A stretch of 63,888 nucleotides of DNA, counting the filler, from Corallochytrium limacisporum Hawaii (Eukaryota; Protista; Pluriformea), in the NCBI GenBank assembly GCA_002811645.1. It is 7 parts of 7 records of this genome, joined end to end, with 100 filler letters (N's around TTAATTAATTAA, not from the genome) between each part and the next. Parts side by side here need not be neighbours in the genome. Positions count along the whole stretch, not along the records: positions 1 to 11,048 come from PDIP01000069.1; positions 11,149 to 33,359 come from PDIP01000102.1; 5 more parts are not named here. One strand, 5' to 3'. Under the pieces are notes generated by a model. The model was not told the DNA's origin, did not search any database, and saw only the letters and a list, made by a program, of their open reading frames with translations. Position 1 is the first letter of the stretch, and each line of letters starts with the position of its first letter. Positions 1-11,230 of the stretch are shown piece by piece. Both the position numbers and the translations under genes were made by a program.

Positions 1-627
1 GGGGGAAGGGAAGGAAAGAAAGGGGAGGGGGGAAGAAAGGGAGGGAAGGGGAAGAGGGGGGGGAAGGGGGGGGAGAGGGACGGCGAAAGCGTCGATGGGG
101 TGAGAGAGATAGGAACGGGGGACGGATCCTACTACTTTTTTTTGTTGTGTATATTATTTTTTCTCCTTCACAGTGCATATACATTCACAGAGCAAGGGCC
201 GAAACAAGCTAAAGTGGACACTCCCATGGTTGGGGTCCCGGGGTCGGAAAGTGGTGAAAAGGGGCCGATGCCTGTTTTTAGCGATGGCTGCATCTCTGTT
301 ATGGTCCGATTGTGTGTGTTACAGGTGCACTGGTGCATGCGATGGGCTGGCATTCGTGCTGTTGCACTTACCTATTGTATTACACAGCTTGGTGTGATTT
401 GAAGTAACACGGAATTGGATAGAATGACGAATACGATGTCAGAGCAGCTCGAAGCACTGTTTCAGGTACAAGGGCACTGCCGATCAACGCAGAATGTACA
501 ACACAATGTGCTAAATGTTCAAGTTTCTTTCACCATCACACTACAACGCGCTTAGTATCAAGTGATCCGTTATACTACTTCAGAACACATGCGCACTCCG
601 TTCTAAAAGCGACTTTAAATTTTCAGA

Positions 628-668
628 ACACACACACACACACACAGACAGACACACACACACACACA
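628..668 (+). repeat. (CA)n microsatellite immediately upstream of a start codon
   Basis: ACACAC... tract with two GACA interruptions ending 4 nt before the ATG at 673. Confidence 0.95.
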
Positions 669-672
669 AACC

Positions 673-2118
673 ATGCTGACTGCTGATCAACTCTTGGATG
701 CTTTCCGCAGTAGTCTGGTCATTGTGACTGCCACTATCGGGGCGGGTATTCTGACCATTCCTTATGCTTTTGCCTTTCTGGGACCCGCCGGTAGTACGGT
801 GCTGCTGTTCTTCGTCTCGGCCTTCTCTGCCATGGGTGCTTGCTTCTGGGGACTCGTCTGCGCCCGGAGTAAGTCTTTTGTCATCCCTGACATTGTTGAA
901 GAGCACCTTGGCCCCTACTTCCGCATCTATGTTCAGTTGTGTTTAATTGCTGATCTCTTCTTCCCCGCTATTATCTACATCGTGCTGACCGCCAGCTCTC
1001 TTCAGAGCCTACTGGCCCCTGTTATCCACCTCACATATGTTGAGTGGGCCATCGTGACAGGCGTGGCAATGTGGCCCATCTGCCAGTTCCCCAACTTCAA
1101 GGACATGACCTGGGTGCTACTCGGTGGTGCTCTGTCCTCCTACATCATTGCCATTACTCTTTTGATCGAATCCGGTGCGAACCTGAAGAGTGACGTCCCC
1201 TCCTATGGCGCCCCCGACTTTGAGGGCTCCATTCAGGCCGCCTCCATTCTGGTCTTTGCTTACGGTTTCGGTTCTTTCATCCCGAGCGCGCGCCGCAACA
1301 TGAAGTATCCCGACAAGCTGCACTACCCAGTAATCTTTGTCTGTGCCATGCTGTTCCTGCTCTACTCGGCCGTCGGTCTGCTGTCCTACTACGCATACGG
1401 CTGTGCCGTGAGCTCAAACATTCTGGATACCTGGGACCATGATGCCTCCTGGTACGTGGCATCCATTGCCCTGGTCGCCCACTTCATCGTAGCTGGCCCC
1501 GTTTCCCTGAATCCTTGCTTGGTTATCATTGAGCAAATGGTTCTGAACACCCACGTCGGCTACGCCTACAGCCATAACAACCCATCTCAAGCCAGCGACC
1601 CCTCCACTGGCTCTGATGATGTGGAGACCGTCGGCAAGAAGGACCCCTTGCCCCATCTCGAGGGTGGCCTGAAGATTGACGAGGACGAGATTGACAAGCT
1701 CCCTGTCGATGCTGCCAAGCATGAAGCTGTCTACGCCAAGGGCCCCAAGGGTGAAGTTGAGCCTAAGAAGGACGCTGCTAGCGTCATGAAGCGCGTTCTC
1801 TTGCGTACTTTTCTGCTAGGCCTATCCACGTTCGTTGCCGTTCTGGTGCCTTTCTTCGGCTCCCTGACCGAGGCCACCGCCGGTCTGGCCACTGCTTCCC
1901 AGTCCTTTGCTATGCCGACCCTGCTCTACATTGTCGTCTACTGGAAGGAGACCCCGACCTGGCAGCGTATCCTCCTCAGCATGTTTGTCGTACTGGTCGA
2001 GGCCTTTGCCATCTGTGCCACTGTGTTCTCCATCAAGGACATCATCAATGAGGCCTCTCAGTTCAAGATCTTCCAGGTTGAGGTCGATGCCATTGCCTTC
2101 CTGTGCCCAGCGAACTAA
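673..2118 (+). CDS. Amino acid/auxin permease (AAAP, Aa_trans) family transporter
   Basis: 481 aa ORF with ~11 hydrophobic segments; N-terminal TIGAGILTIPYAF motif, FAYG..F motif, GLLSYYAYG..V.SNIL; start context AAACC-ATG. Confidence 0.9.
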   Translation: MLTADQLLDAFRSSLVIVTATIGAGILTIPYAFAFLGPAGSTVLLFFVSAFSAMGACFWGLVCARSKSFVIPDIVEEHLGPYFRIYVQLCLIADLFFPAIIYIVLTASSLQSLLAPVIHLTYVEWAIVTGVAMWPICQFPNFKDMTWVLLGGALSSYIIAITLLIESGANLKSDVPSYGAPDFEGSIQAASILVFAYGFGSFIPSARRNMKYPDKLHYPVIFVCAMLFLLYSAVGLLSYYAYGCAVSSNILDTWDHDASWYVASIALVAHFIVAGPVSLNPCLVIIEQMVLNTHVGYAYSHNNPSQASDPSTGSDDVETVGKKDPLPHLEGGLKIDEDEIDKLPVDAAKHEAVYAKGPKGEVEPKKDAASVMKRVLLRTFLLGLSTFVAVLVPFFGSLTEATAGLATASQSFAMPTLLYIVVYWKETPTWQRILLSMFVVLVEAFAICATVFSIKDIINEASQFKIFQVEVDAIAFLCPAN

Positions 2119-5100
2119 TGGTGTGAGACCTAGTGGACACTAGTCGTCAAAAAAAAACCCTGTAGTAGTTCTTTGGGGGGTACTGCAAATCATCCGGCAG
2201 CAACTGCCTTCATACAGCCCCCCTTCCCAGAAATAATCCACTTGTCCAACACACAAGACATCCAAACCCCCACACTTAGCATAATCGTTAACTCCAAGCA
2301 TAAGCATGAAATCTTTGACCATGTACATAATTATAACATTCATAAAGAAGCCCATCGTTGGGGCACAATATAAACAGAACGTCACAATCCTTTCCGCCAT
2401 CGCGAAAAGTTTGTCGTACCGCCAAGCGCGCTCGTCAACATAAGAGCTGGTAAGGTCTCTTGGAAGAGGACACCTTGCCTCATGCTGCTGGCACGGTAGT
2501 AGCACACAATGCACTATCAACACAGATGGAACGCTGGCTCATCGTTTATTAGCACCAGCTTACAAATCACAGGACGTGCGTGCCCTTTGGGCGAAAATGA
2601 CGACTAGGAAGAATTAGCTGCTCCTCCTTTCAGGACACAGCAGGCAGACAAGTCGTTTTTGGCTCCGTCCCACCGCAATCGCCACCTAACTACGCCTACG
2701 GCGGGAAGAAATCACGACTACATAGGCACCAGCTACCCCAGTGATCCATTACGAACGGGAGTCCGTTTACTCAGAAGTTCCAGCACCCTTCGCTGCTCCT
2801 TTCTTCCAAGACTCGAAATAACAAGGAAAAATACACCAGCCTTCCCCTTCGCGGTTGGTTTCAAGATGTGTGTGTGTGTGGAGCGTGTGTATATGTTTTC
2901 CTCTTAGTATTTTTTTTCCTTCCCCATTTTCCTTTTATCTCTCTCGTCTCGAACGAAGACGAAGAAAAAAATAGCCATAGTTTTCTAGACGGGCGTGCTG
3001 GCGCCAGGAAGACCCATCGAAACGGAGCCCTGTCTGTTGAAGAAGGGTGGTCAGTCTTCGATGGTTTGCTTTTGCTGCTGTTCCCCCGGGGGGGGGGGCC
3101 ATATCTCTTATTCTCTCTTTGGCTCAGCCTGTCTCCGTCATTGTCTCGGACTCTCTCTCTCTCTCTCTCTTCTCTTTTCATGTGCGTGTGTCTTTCGACG
3201 GCTCCTTGTCTGCTGCTGCGGTTTGTCCTTTTTTTCTTTTTGGGCGTTGCACTTTTTGTACGGCGGGGCTGTGCGCTATGAGAGATGGGAGTGTGTGGTG
3301 GTATTTTACTCACACACGGGCGGGTTGTCGGGCTCGAAGTGTCCGTCACGTCACGGTGGAGCAGGTGAGCAGGTACTAAGCACAGGCTTCTTTGCGGCCT
3401 CGATGAGCTTGGTTCACTGAAAAACTGGGGTCTGTAGACCTTAATTAACCCGGCAAATCAACAGTAGCACACTTCAGCAGGACCGTGCGCGCACCGCGGG
3501 GTTTTGGTGATAAACAGTCAGCCTACAGGGAGCATACGAGAACCCTGGGACAGCAAAGTTACTCTTCTTAGGTCGGACCTCGCTATTGCTGGGAGTACCT
3601 TAAGGTAGAATCGCCTGTGCCATCGTGGCACGAAAATCATACATGAATCCCAAGGAAGCAAGAAGCGCAGGAGGGCACCGGCAGGTGGAAGTAAGATTTT
3701 CGTGACCCAAACACTGCGACAGCTAAATATTACTGTCGGCAGAGTCTTGTGTCTCCAGTTCTCCCCCCCCCCTCCCGCACCGGCGTTATCTTTCATTACC
3801 GAGCACGGCAAAAGCGCGAGCGAGCCCAAGACAAAAAGACGAAACTGGCTGGTTTGTCTAATCCCGCAGAGCGCAGTGTGGAAGCAACACGGATCAGTCT
3901 GTTCGCCTGGCTCGGAAACTCTTATTGATCAAGACCGCGAGATGGGCATCCTCGCCTGCTGCGGTTGAGGGAAGAGCCTATGGGTACCTTGCCGAAAGTC
4001 TTGCGATCCATGGAAAACTAAGTCGTTCATGTGTGCAAGCTTGGTTCCCGCAGGTGCATCGAGGAACAGGCAGGAAGCGGGCAAGCGGACCGTTTTTTTT
4101 TTTGGGCCTCCGTGGGAGGGAAGGTGGTGAGAGGCGGCCAGGGCTGGTGTGTTCGTGCGGTTGGTACCACCGCACTGTTTCCTCGTGTTCCGAGGCGACA
4201 AGCACGACCCAAGGGAAAACGGTTCTCCTGACAAGAAGAAGGAGCGGGGGCCGAATTTACCACCCTTGGATTGCTTTGGTTTCACCGGAAAAAGGGAGGG
4301 AAGGGGGGGGGGGGCTTTCATAGCCGCGCCGGCCTCCCCTTCTTTCTCCCCTTCCCCGAACGAAAGGGGAGCTAGCTGTCTCCCTTCGCTCTCGCGCTGT
4401 TGGTTTCCTTTTTACATTTTTTACTTTTCGATTCCCCGTCTTGCCCCGAGTAGGTGTCCGTATGTACTAGTGTCCGCAGTACGTCGTTGTTTCCTTGGCA
4501 ATCCGCTTTGAATCTTCTCTGTGCAAATCTTTCTTGGCTGGGAGAGAAGCGGTTTTCTTTTTTTTTTTTCCTTTCTGGAGCAGCGGGCCAGGTCCGGTTC
4601 CCCTTCGTCCCAATACCCTCGGCCCCGGGGCCGCTCTCTCCTCTCCCGATCACTCCGTTGCGGTGCGCAGGTGTCGTGCGGTTTCCCGTTCCCTCCCCCT
4701 TCCCCTGCCCGGGGAAGGCCGGGGAGCCCCCCCCCCCGGGGGACCCCAGGGGGGAGGGTGGTGGGTGAACCGGAAAGAAAAAAGATATTCCCGTTCGCAC
4801 ACGTCTCCGTGTCTGCTGTGGCTGGACGCCTCTTGGTTCTGCTCTTTTCTAAAAAAAAAAATCTGTCCGAAGGCTTGGTGCCTACCTTTGCGGGCGCGTA
4901 GTTTGTGGTCGGGCCAGAGGGTACGAGGAGGGAGGTGGTCAGTATTGCCGTAAACGACGATCAGGGCGCCCGAAACGGAGGGCCCTTTTTTTGGGTGATC
5001 TTGGGATGGCCGACGACACGCAAAGATGATACACGAAATCGTCATTGTTGACATCTTTCTAACTCCGGAAGAGAAAGGAGAAAGACGCGATACGAACGGC

Positions 5101-6075
5101 ATACAACATCTACTCAGCGCCATTAATCCATCTGTCATTGTGATGTCCCCTGTTTGCCATGCAATCCTCAACTGGGCTGCTAAGCCCATGCCTGTGAGCA
5201 GTGTTGCCATCGTCTGCAGATCCGCCAAGCAATGGAAGGCATCTATGTGCCCATCAGTTGCAGAACATGCCACGGAATCATGCCCAATAGGGACTCGAAG
5301 GCTGCATGAATGAGTGGAAGAAAGCGTAACCACGATACTGGAGGCACCAACACTCTGGGTAAGCAATCTTCTCGGTTCGATGATGCATTCACAACGCGTT
5401 CCTGACGGAGTAGGAAGGTTCGCAAAGCCCCCTTTGGCCACCCACTGATATACTTATGCAACCCATCGCCTTTCTCATCCATTTCCACATGGTCAGCATT
5501 TACAGGGACGCATCCACAGAGTAGCTAACCGACATCTCACAACCCGCTTGCAGGCAACAGTGACATTTGGTCGCCACCATCCATCTTTCGGACCGTGACA
5601 GCCATTGAGTCTGCTGTATCGCGTTGTCGCGTTCCTACGACATTTATCAGCGCTACACGCTGGGAATTTCCATGGGCCTTGGCTGCCGTTCTCCTCCAAA
5701 GCACTGATGATCTTCGTACCATCTCAATACTTTGCTCGGGAATTGTCGGACAAAGCCGGATCAGAATAGAGTAGTGGAGCATCGGCATGTGGATGCGAGT
5801 CATCACGGGGGAACGGGACAGTTGCATCCAGCCCCAGTGTTGTTTCTGAGTGAGCGCTATTGCTTACGATCTAAACACTTTAAGCATCTGCACTCTCCAA
5901 AATTTCTCTGTTGCTTTCAATCGTCGATGTTACCCCATTCCTGAGGTATTTGACATGGTTCTTCCATTTTCACAAGTGTGCATGGGTCCGCCTCTCCTCA
6001 GATCGTCCAGCTTATTTTGGAAATACTACTCCTTTATCTACAGCCATGTTCTGCAACGATGAAAACCGTTCTGGT

Positions 6076-8010
6076 ATGCTGTGTAGAGCCGTGATATTAT
6101 TCTTGATGTTCAGGTCATCGATAGCCCAACAGTGCCTTTTGGATCTGACCCTGACAGGATTCTACACTGATGAGGACTTAACAGAATGTCTTGAGACGGA
6201 AACCCTTTGCAATGATCCAGTCTATGATGGCTTTGGTGGGGGTTGCTCGTACTTGGGCAGAACATTTTCGGAAGATTTCCTTCCGCGTCCAGATCTCGAT
6301 CCCACGGCCACTTGTACTCCTCGGCTAGGTTGCCTTGAATGCTTCATAGCCAATGAGCTCGGCAATATCGACTGCAGAGTGCCAGGCACCGATGCTACGA
6401 TGCGCAAATCCTTGGTTTCTGATCCCACAGAATGCTCAGAAGCCTGTGGACTCGACGAAGAGTGCTTTATCGCGTGCATTCTTCCCTGTTATGGACAATG
6501 TGGTGCTGATCCTGATTCTGAGTGCCTCCAAACCTGTGTGCTCTCCACGGAATTCACTATCGAATATGTCAAGTGTGCCATGCCTGACTGTGCTGCGACT
6601 TGCTGCCGGATGGAAGATGGGCCAACAAATGACTGTCCCTTGCGGTACCCACAGGGCTGTCCTGCAGGATATGGAAACAACTTTGCTGACACTACCTGCA
6701 CTGGATCTGCGTGTGATGTATTCCAATGTTGTGACCTTGTGGATCCCACCGTAGACACTGACGCAGATGGATTAATGGACGCCGTTGATAACTGTCCTGA
6801 AATCTTCAATCCCAATCAGGATCCTGCCGCTTGCAGCGTGACGGAAAAGGACGGATGTCCAAGTGCCTATGATGCTTGCACTGTTGACCAGGCTGTACAG
6901 ACAACGAATCGCATTTTGGTGCCGATTGCTGCCGTGCTGGCCTCCATTTCAGCGGCCGCGTCCTGCATAGATCAGTTCAAAGGTCCGGTCGGCGAAAAGC
7001 AGGAAGGTCTGATCAGCCGCCTTGCAAAGGTATTTATGATAGTCAGTGCACTCACTCTGGCCTTGGCATATTTCTTTCTTGGCCAAGACACGTCTGATTA
7101 TCCCTTCGAGATACCTTGTGACGTGGCAGGAGCTCTGTATTTTGCAGGGATCTGGACTTTTCTGATAGCCAACCTTTACGCCGCATACTGTCTAACGAGA
7201 GCACTGGTCTGGGAATCCCAGGTCATCCACGCAAGTCCAGACCCGCTTTCGCACAACGAAGTACCTTCCCGCTCAGATATGGGAGCTGACGTTGTCGACA
7301 TCGATGGTCCCTATGATCGTCCCTATAATGGTCAACGTTCTGCAACGGGCCCTGGGCGCACTGATCTAGCTACCTGGATCAGCAACCGGCGGTTACAGCG
7401 AAAGGCAAAGTGGACCGAGCGACGCCGACACTCCCACATTGGCCTACCCATTCTTTTGGTGCTCATTGTGATTGCGACTGTTCTCGTGGTTGGCATCGAT
7501 GAGACCGGTTGGCCCGCCCAGCATCCGGGTCCTTTCGCCTATTCCGTCTGCTATTACCCCGAGGGCGCCGTGGTAGAAATTGGTCTGATTCTGCCGTTGT
7601 TTGTGAGCGCTGCTGTTGGCCTCGTTCTGGTTGTCTATAATGGATACAAACTCTACTATTTCACGCGCAATGCAGATGCTGAACTAAAAATGGACAGTCT
7701 GCGAAGAGCTTACGTTGTGGAGTGGACAAATCAGGTCTGTGGAGTCTTAATTCTCTTACTATGGGCCGTGATTAGTGTTGACATGGTGCGATACGCTCCC
7801 TGGTCCGTAACCGCTGTTGCCATCGTTTCCATTATTGGCTTTACCCTAACCTTGATCAGAATGTGTCTGGATCCCAAGGGTACAGTCTTTGGTCTCTTCC
7901 CTTTGGTTGGCGATGTCATGGACCTAGATGGCCGCACCGGGATCCGCAAAGGCAAGGTTAAGATTGAAAAGGAGGCAGCGGAAGCAGCGGCAAAGTTGGA
8001 ACAGAAGTGA
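6076..8010 (+). CDS. 7TM GPCR-like receptor with Cys-rich ectodomain and a thrombospondin type-3 (TSP3)-like repeat
   Basis: The ATG at 6076 gives a signal-peptide-like MLCRAVILFLMFRSSIAQ (alternative ATG at 6046). Next come ~270 aa rich in Cys, a DTDADGLMDAVDNCPEIFNPNQD TSP3-like motif and seven hydrophobic helices. Cys at the top of TM3 (IPCDVAG) and in ECL2 (YSVCYY). Confidence 0.7.
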   Translation: MLCRAVILFLMFRSSIAQQCLLDLTLTGFYTDEDLTECLETETLCNDPVYDGFGGGCSYLGRTFSEDFLPRPDLDPTATCTPRLGCLECFIANELGNIDCRVPGTDATMRKSLVSDPTECSEACGLDEECFIACILPCYGQCGADPDSECLQTCVLSTEFTIEYVKCAMPDCAATCCRMEDGPTNDCPLRYPQGCPAGYGNNFADTTCTGSACDVFQCCDLVDPTVDTDADGLMDAVDNCPEIFNPNQDPAACSVTEKDGCPSAYDACTVDQAVQTTNRILVPIAAVLASISAAASCIDQFKGPVGEKQEGLISRLAKVFMIVSALTLALAYFFLGQDTSDYPFEIPCDVAGALYFAGIWTFLIANLYAAYCLTRALVWESQVIHASPDPLSHNEVPSRSDMGADVVDIDGPYDRPYNGQRSATGPGRTDLATWISNRRLQRKAKWTERRRHSHIGLPILLVLIVIATVLVVGIDETGWPAQHPGPFAYSVCYYPEGAVVEIGLILPLFVSAAVGLVLVVYNGYKLYYFTRNADAELKMDSLRRAYVVEWTNQVCGVLILLLWAVISVDMVRYAPWSVTAVAIVSIIGFTLTLIRMCLDPKGTVFGLFPLVGDVMDLDGRTGIRKGKVKIEKEAAEAAAKLEQK

Positions 8011-8260
8011 TCGTGGTCAAAAACTGCGCTTCTGCCCTATCCCCTATGAAAGGGGCTACAAGCACAAAATCTGTACTGCTATGGCTGGGTGTGAGGCGTG
8101 CGTGTGCAACGTATGAAAGTTGAGGAAGTGGTAGGGATGGCAAGAAGAATGGGGGTTTACTATAATTCTATTAAAGGACCGTGCAGGCCCACGTGTTCCT
8201 ACCGTGGTCCCAGTAGAAATCCTTTGACAAAGACACCCTGGAAAGGGCATCTTATTCGCT

Positions 8261-9670
8261 TCATTCCATTGTCCGGGCATCACGTTTATCGCGTCCTGTG
8301 ACGGCAGGCCAGTATGCAGCGAGCAAGCAGCACAATGAACTTCCCAGCATAAAGGCACCTGCCATCATGAAGGCACCTGTTGGTGTCGACTCGATTACCG
8401 CACCAACCATAACAGGGCCAACCGCTTCTCCGATTGCTCTACCCGATCCGCTAAGACCAACAATATCGGCTGTGTCCCTGTCATGGTACCAGTCGCTAAT
8501 AATGCAGGCTTGCATTGCAAATTGGCCACCCGTAGCCCATCCGTAGACAATGGCAAAGAGATAGATGTTCCACTGGTCGTGGCACAATGTCCAGAGGAAT
8601 TGCATAGTACCGGCCAGCGCGAGGGCACTGTACAATACCTTTTCTCTACCAATATGGTCCCCCATGTATCCCTGCATGGGCTTGGATATGGCATTGGCAC
8701 CGCACAACAGACCGGTTCCTAAAGCGGCCAGTGCGTGGGACAGGCCATGATTTTCAGACCAGGTTACGAGATAAAAAAACGGTGCCGCGTACCCGAGGCT
8801 AAAGCAGACATTGCTGACAAAGGTCAGCGTGAATCGACCATCATGAAACATGTACCAAGGCAATTTCGTCCTCGCACCGGTCTTTTTCGGAGGGACCCGA
8901 TCCTCCGCCAAAAGAGCTGCAACCACGGTGAGCACAAGCGTAATGATGGCACTCACCCTGAAAGTGTCCCGCCATCCTATAGTTTGAATCATGTAGGCAG
9001 ATAAGGGGGAATACAATAGACCTCCAACTCCCACACCGCTGGCACCAATGCCCATCATTTGGGCCTTTTTATGATCAAACCACTGGTTGATGAGACCAAT
9101 GGTAGGGTACAGAGTTAGACTCAGACCAAGTCCCACTACAATACCAAAAGTCACATACATCTGGAAGATGTCGGTTGCGAAGCTGGTAGCGAGACAACCC
9201 AGAGCTGCTAGCAGGCCTCCAAACATTATTACACGTTGCGAGCCGAAGCGTATTGCCCATGCACCTGCCAGTGGTGCACATGCGGCCCGGAGCGTCAGCG
9301 CAAGTGCGCCAGGCCAGGCAGACAGGGCCAGAGACTCATCGAAGTGTTCTGCGAGTCGGGGCAGGAACACACCCCACGTAAACCCTAGCATACCTGAAAA
9401 TATGCTCCCGATAAACAACACCAGTACCTGTGAATAGCCATAGTTGGTATCAATCAATTGCTCTCGGCTGTGTAGTCGGGCCTGGTCAGCATCGGTTTCA
9501 GAGGATTCATCCCTTCCCCTTCTGACAACAACTGTGTTTCCACGCGTCGGTGCTTCGGTCAATTGCAACGTACCACTTAGCAAAGGGGGATTACTCAACT
9601 CATTGGAATGTTCCGGTTCTAATCCAATGTATTCGTAGTGAGTTACCGTAGCTGCCGGTATCTGTGCCAT
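8261..9670 (-). CDS. MFS transporter, monocarboxylate transporter (SLC16/MCT)-like
   Basis: 469 aa with 12 TM pattern; PLAGAWAIRFGSQRV and GYMGDHIGREK loop motifs; INQWFDHKKA..MGI.ASG.GVGG and IGWR motifs typical of MCT family. Confidence 0.9.
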   Translation of the reverse strand: MAQIPAATVTHYEYIGLEPEHSNELSNPPLLSGTLQLTEAPTRGNTVVVRRGRDESSETDADQARLHSREQLIDTNYGYSQVLVLFIGSIFSGMLGFTWGVFLPRLAEHFDESLALSAWPGALALTLRAACAPLAGAWAIRFGSQRVIMFGGLLAALGCLATSFATDIFQMYVTFGIVVGLGLSLTLYPTIGLINQWFDHKKAQMMGIGASGVGVGGLLYSPLSAYMIQTIGWRDTFRVSAIITLVLTVVAALLAEDRVPPKKTGARTKLPWYMFHDGRFTLTFVSNVCFSLGYAAPFFYLVTWSENHGLSHALAALGTGLLCGANAISKPMQGYMGDHIGREKVLYSALALAGTMQFLWTLCHDQWNIYLFAIVYGWATGGQFAMQACIISDWYHDRDTADIVGLSGSGRAIGEAVGPVMVGAVIESTPTGAFMMAGAFMLGSSLCCLLAAYWPAVTGRDKRDARTME

Positions 9671-10957
9671 TGTTATCCTTTGTAAGAGATGTTCGTTACA
9701 TTTCTATTCAAAAATTTTTGTGACGGGGTTTGGTAATGAGCGCACTCGATTGACGGGTTGGAAACTTGTCTCTCAAGTACGAAGAATGCACGCGTGCTCA
9801 GTCCCCTGAGATGGTTCCTGAAAGCTCTCGTAAACGGTCCGTCTGAACGTGGAATCCAAGGTATGTACACACAAGCAAACTCAGGGCTATTTAGTGAGTC
9901 ACACCTGCCGCAACGAAGATGAATTCCTACATCGGTTCCCGGCCCGCCTCCCCGGCCTTCCCCCTCACTCTCTCCAGCTCCCAGGAGCCACCCACACATA
10001 CGGAACAGTTGCGGTGCCGATGGGGGTCGGTCGTTGGCATTGAGGTCATCTCCCTCCCCGAAGGCTGATCGTTCGCATTCGCTGTCAACAGCCCAGTACC
10101 GCAATGCGCGCTACCGAGCCTCCGGCAACGGTCATACGAGAAAAAGAGAAGGGGGGGGGTGTGTGTGTGTGTGTCCGTTGCTTGATCAGCCTGCGTAAGA
10201 GTATAAAGGAATTCTGCGGGTGGGACCGCCTTTCCCGACACCCAGGCGGGCCTTTTTGCTGACCCACGTTTCGCCCCCGCGGACAACCTGAAAAGTTAGT
10301 ACATATTCAATGGTCTCCGAATCTCGGTACGTCTCTTATCTCATTGCCCCCGCCGCTGGATGATGAGAAACCACTCGACGAAACGCCCAATCACAGAAAA
10401 TTCTTTACATTGAATATGCACCTCGAACCATGAAAATGGATGAAGACCAGTTTTTTTTTTCTTTTCTGGTTGGCAAGATTCCGGACAGTTGTCCACAAAT
10501 CCCCCCGCACGGGACTGAAAAAACTTCCGCAGCAGGGGTCAGGGTAGGTGACTAGACAGACCGACAACCTATCGTTTCCCCACCGCAGTCGATGGGGAGG
10601 GTCCTTGCTCCGTTTTTCACCGGGTGCTATTTTCAGGAGCGCTTACGAATTCTCTAAGTTCTCCGGTTCAAAAATTTCGCGGCAAATTCGACCAATGGTA
10701 ATTGTTGGGTGGCCGTGTGATACAGACCGTTGGAGTGACCGTGGTGCGCTTGACGATGGATCGAATGTTACAGTTCCAGAAATACGCTGGAAGCGTAAGA
10801 CCCGACGCTATTATAGTTGTGTATAACGACCATGGTGAATGTGACTATACGGCTGAATACCGGCCATAACATGAATCTCCACAGTGTCCTTAAGATCGTC
10901 GGCTACGCTGTCAATATGGGACTGATTGGAGAGCTAATCCCAAGAGAAACTACGGTA

Positions 10958-11230
10958 TACCACCCTCTGTCTCCTAAGTATGAGACAAATCGCACGAAAA
11001 CGAGAACCCCGATCACTCTTTTTAATCATGATTGAGTAATATATATTTNNNNNNNNNNNNNNNNNNNNNNNNNNNNNNNNNNNNNNNNNNNNTTAATTAA
11101 TTAANNNNNNNNNNNNNNNNNNNNNNNNNNNNNNNNNNNNNNNNNNNNAAAAAATCAGAATCTCCCTCCTTATATTACGGTGCATGTTTTTAGGCAGATT
11201 CCTCCTTAACTTATGGGGCAGAGGTTGGTA
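10958..11230. mobile_element. TA-flanked TIR DNA element (Tc1/mariner- or Stowaway-like), interior lost in linker gap
   Basis: Left end TA|CCACCCTCTGTCTCCTAAGT (10958); right end reverse-complements to TA|CCAACCTCTGCCCCATAAGT (ends 11230); both flank the N-linker gap 11049-11148. Confidence 0.75.
11049..11148. other. Artificial contig linker N44-TTAATTAATTAA-N44 (also at 33360-33459, 40780-40879, 55430-55529, 61562-61661, 62761-62860)
   Basis: Identical 100-nt construct with a six-frame stop linker occurs six times; separate sized N gaps at 13174-13417 and 46340-46643. Confidence 0.97.

Noticed and set aside
4650-5830. Minus-strand ORFs with faint ankyrin-like words (ATDGHIDAFHCL, MLHYSI)
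   Set aside because: Motifs too scattered across frames to support a call.
11093-11104. TTAATTAATTAA palindrome repeated six times
   Set aside because: Artificial six-frame-stop linker centred in N runs; not biological.
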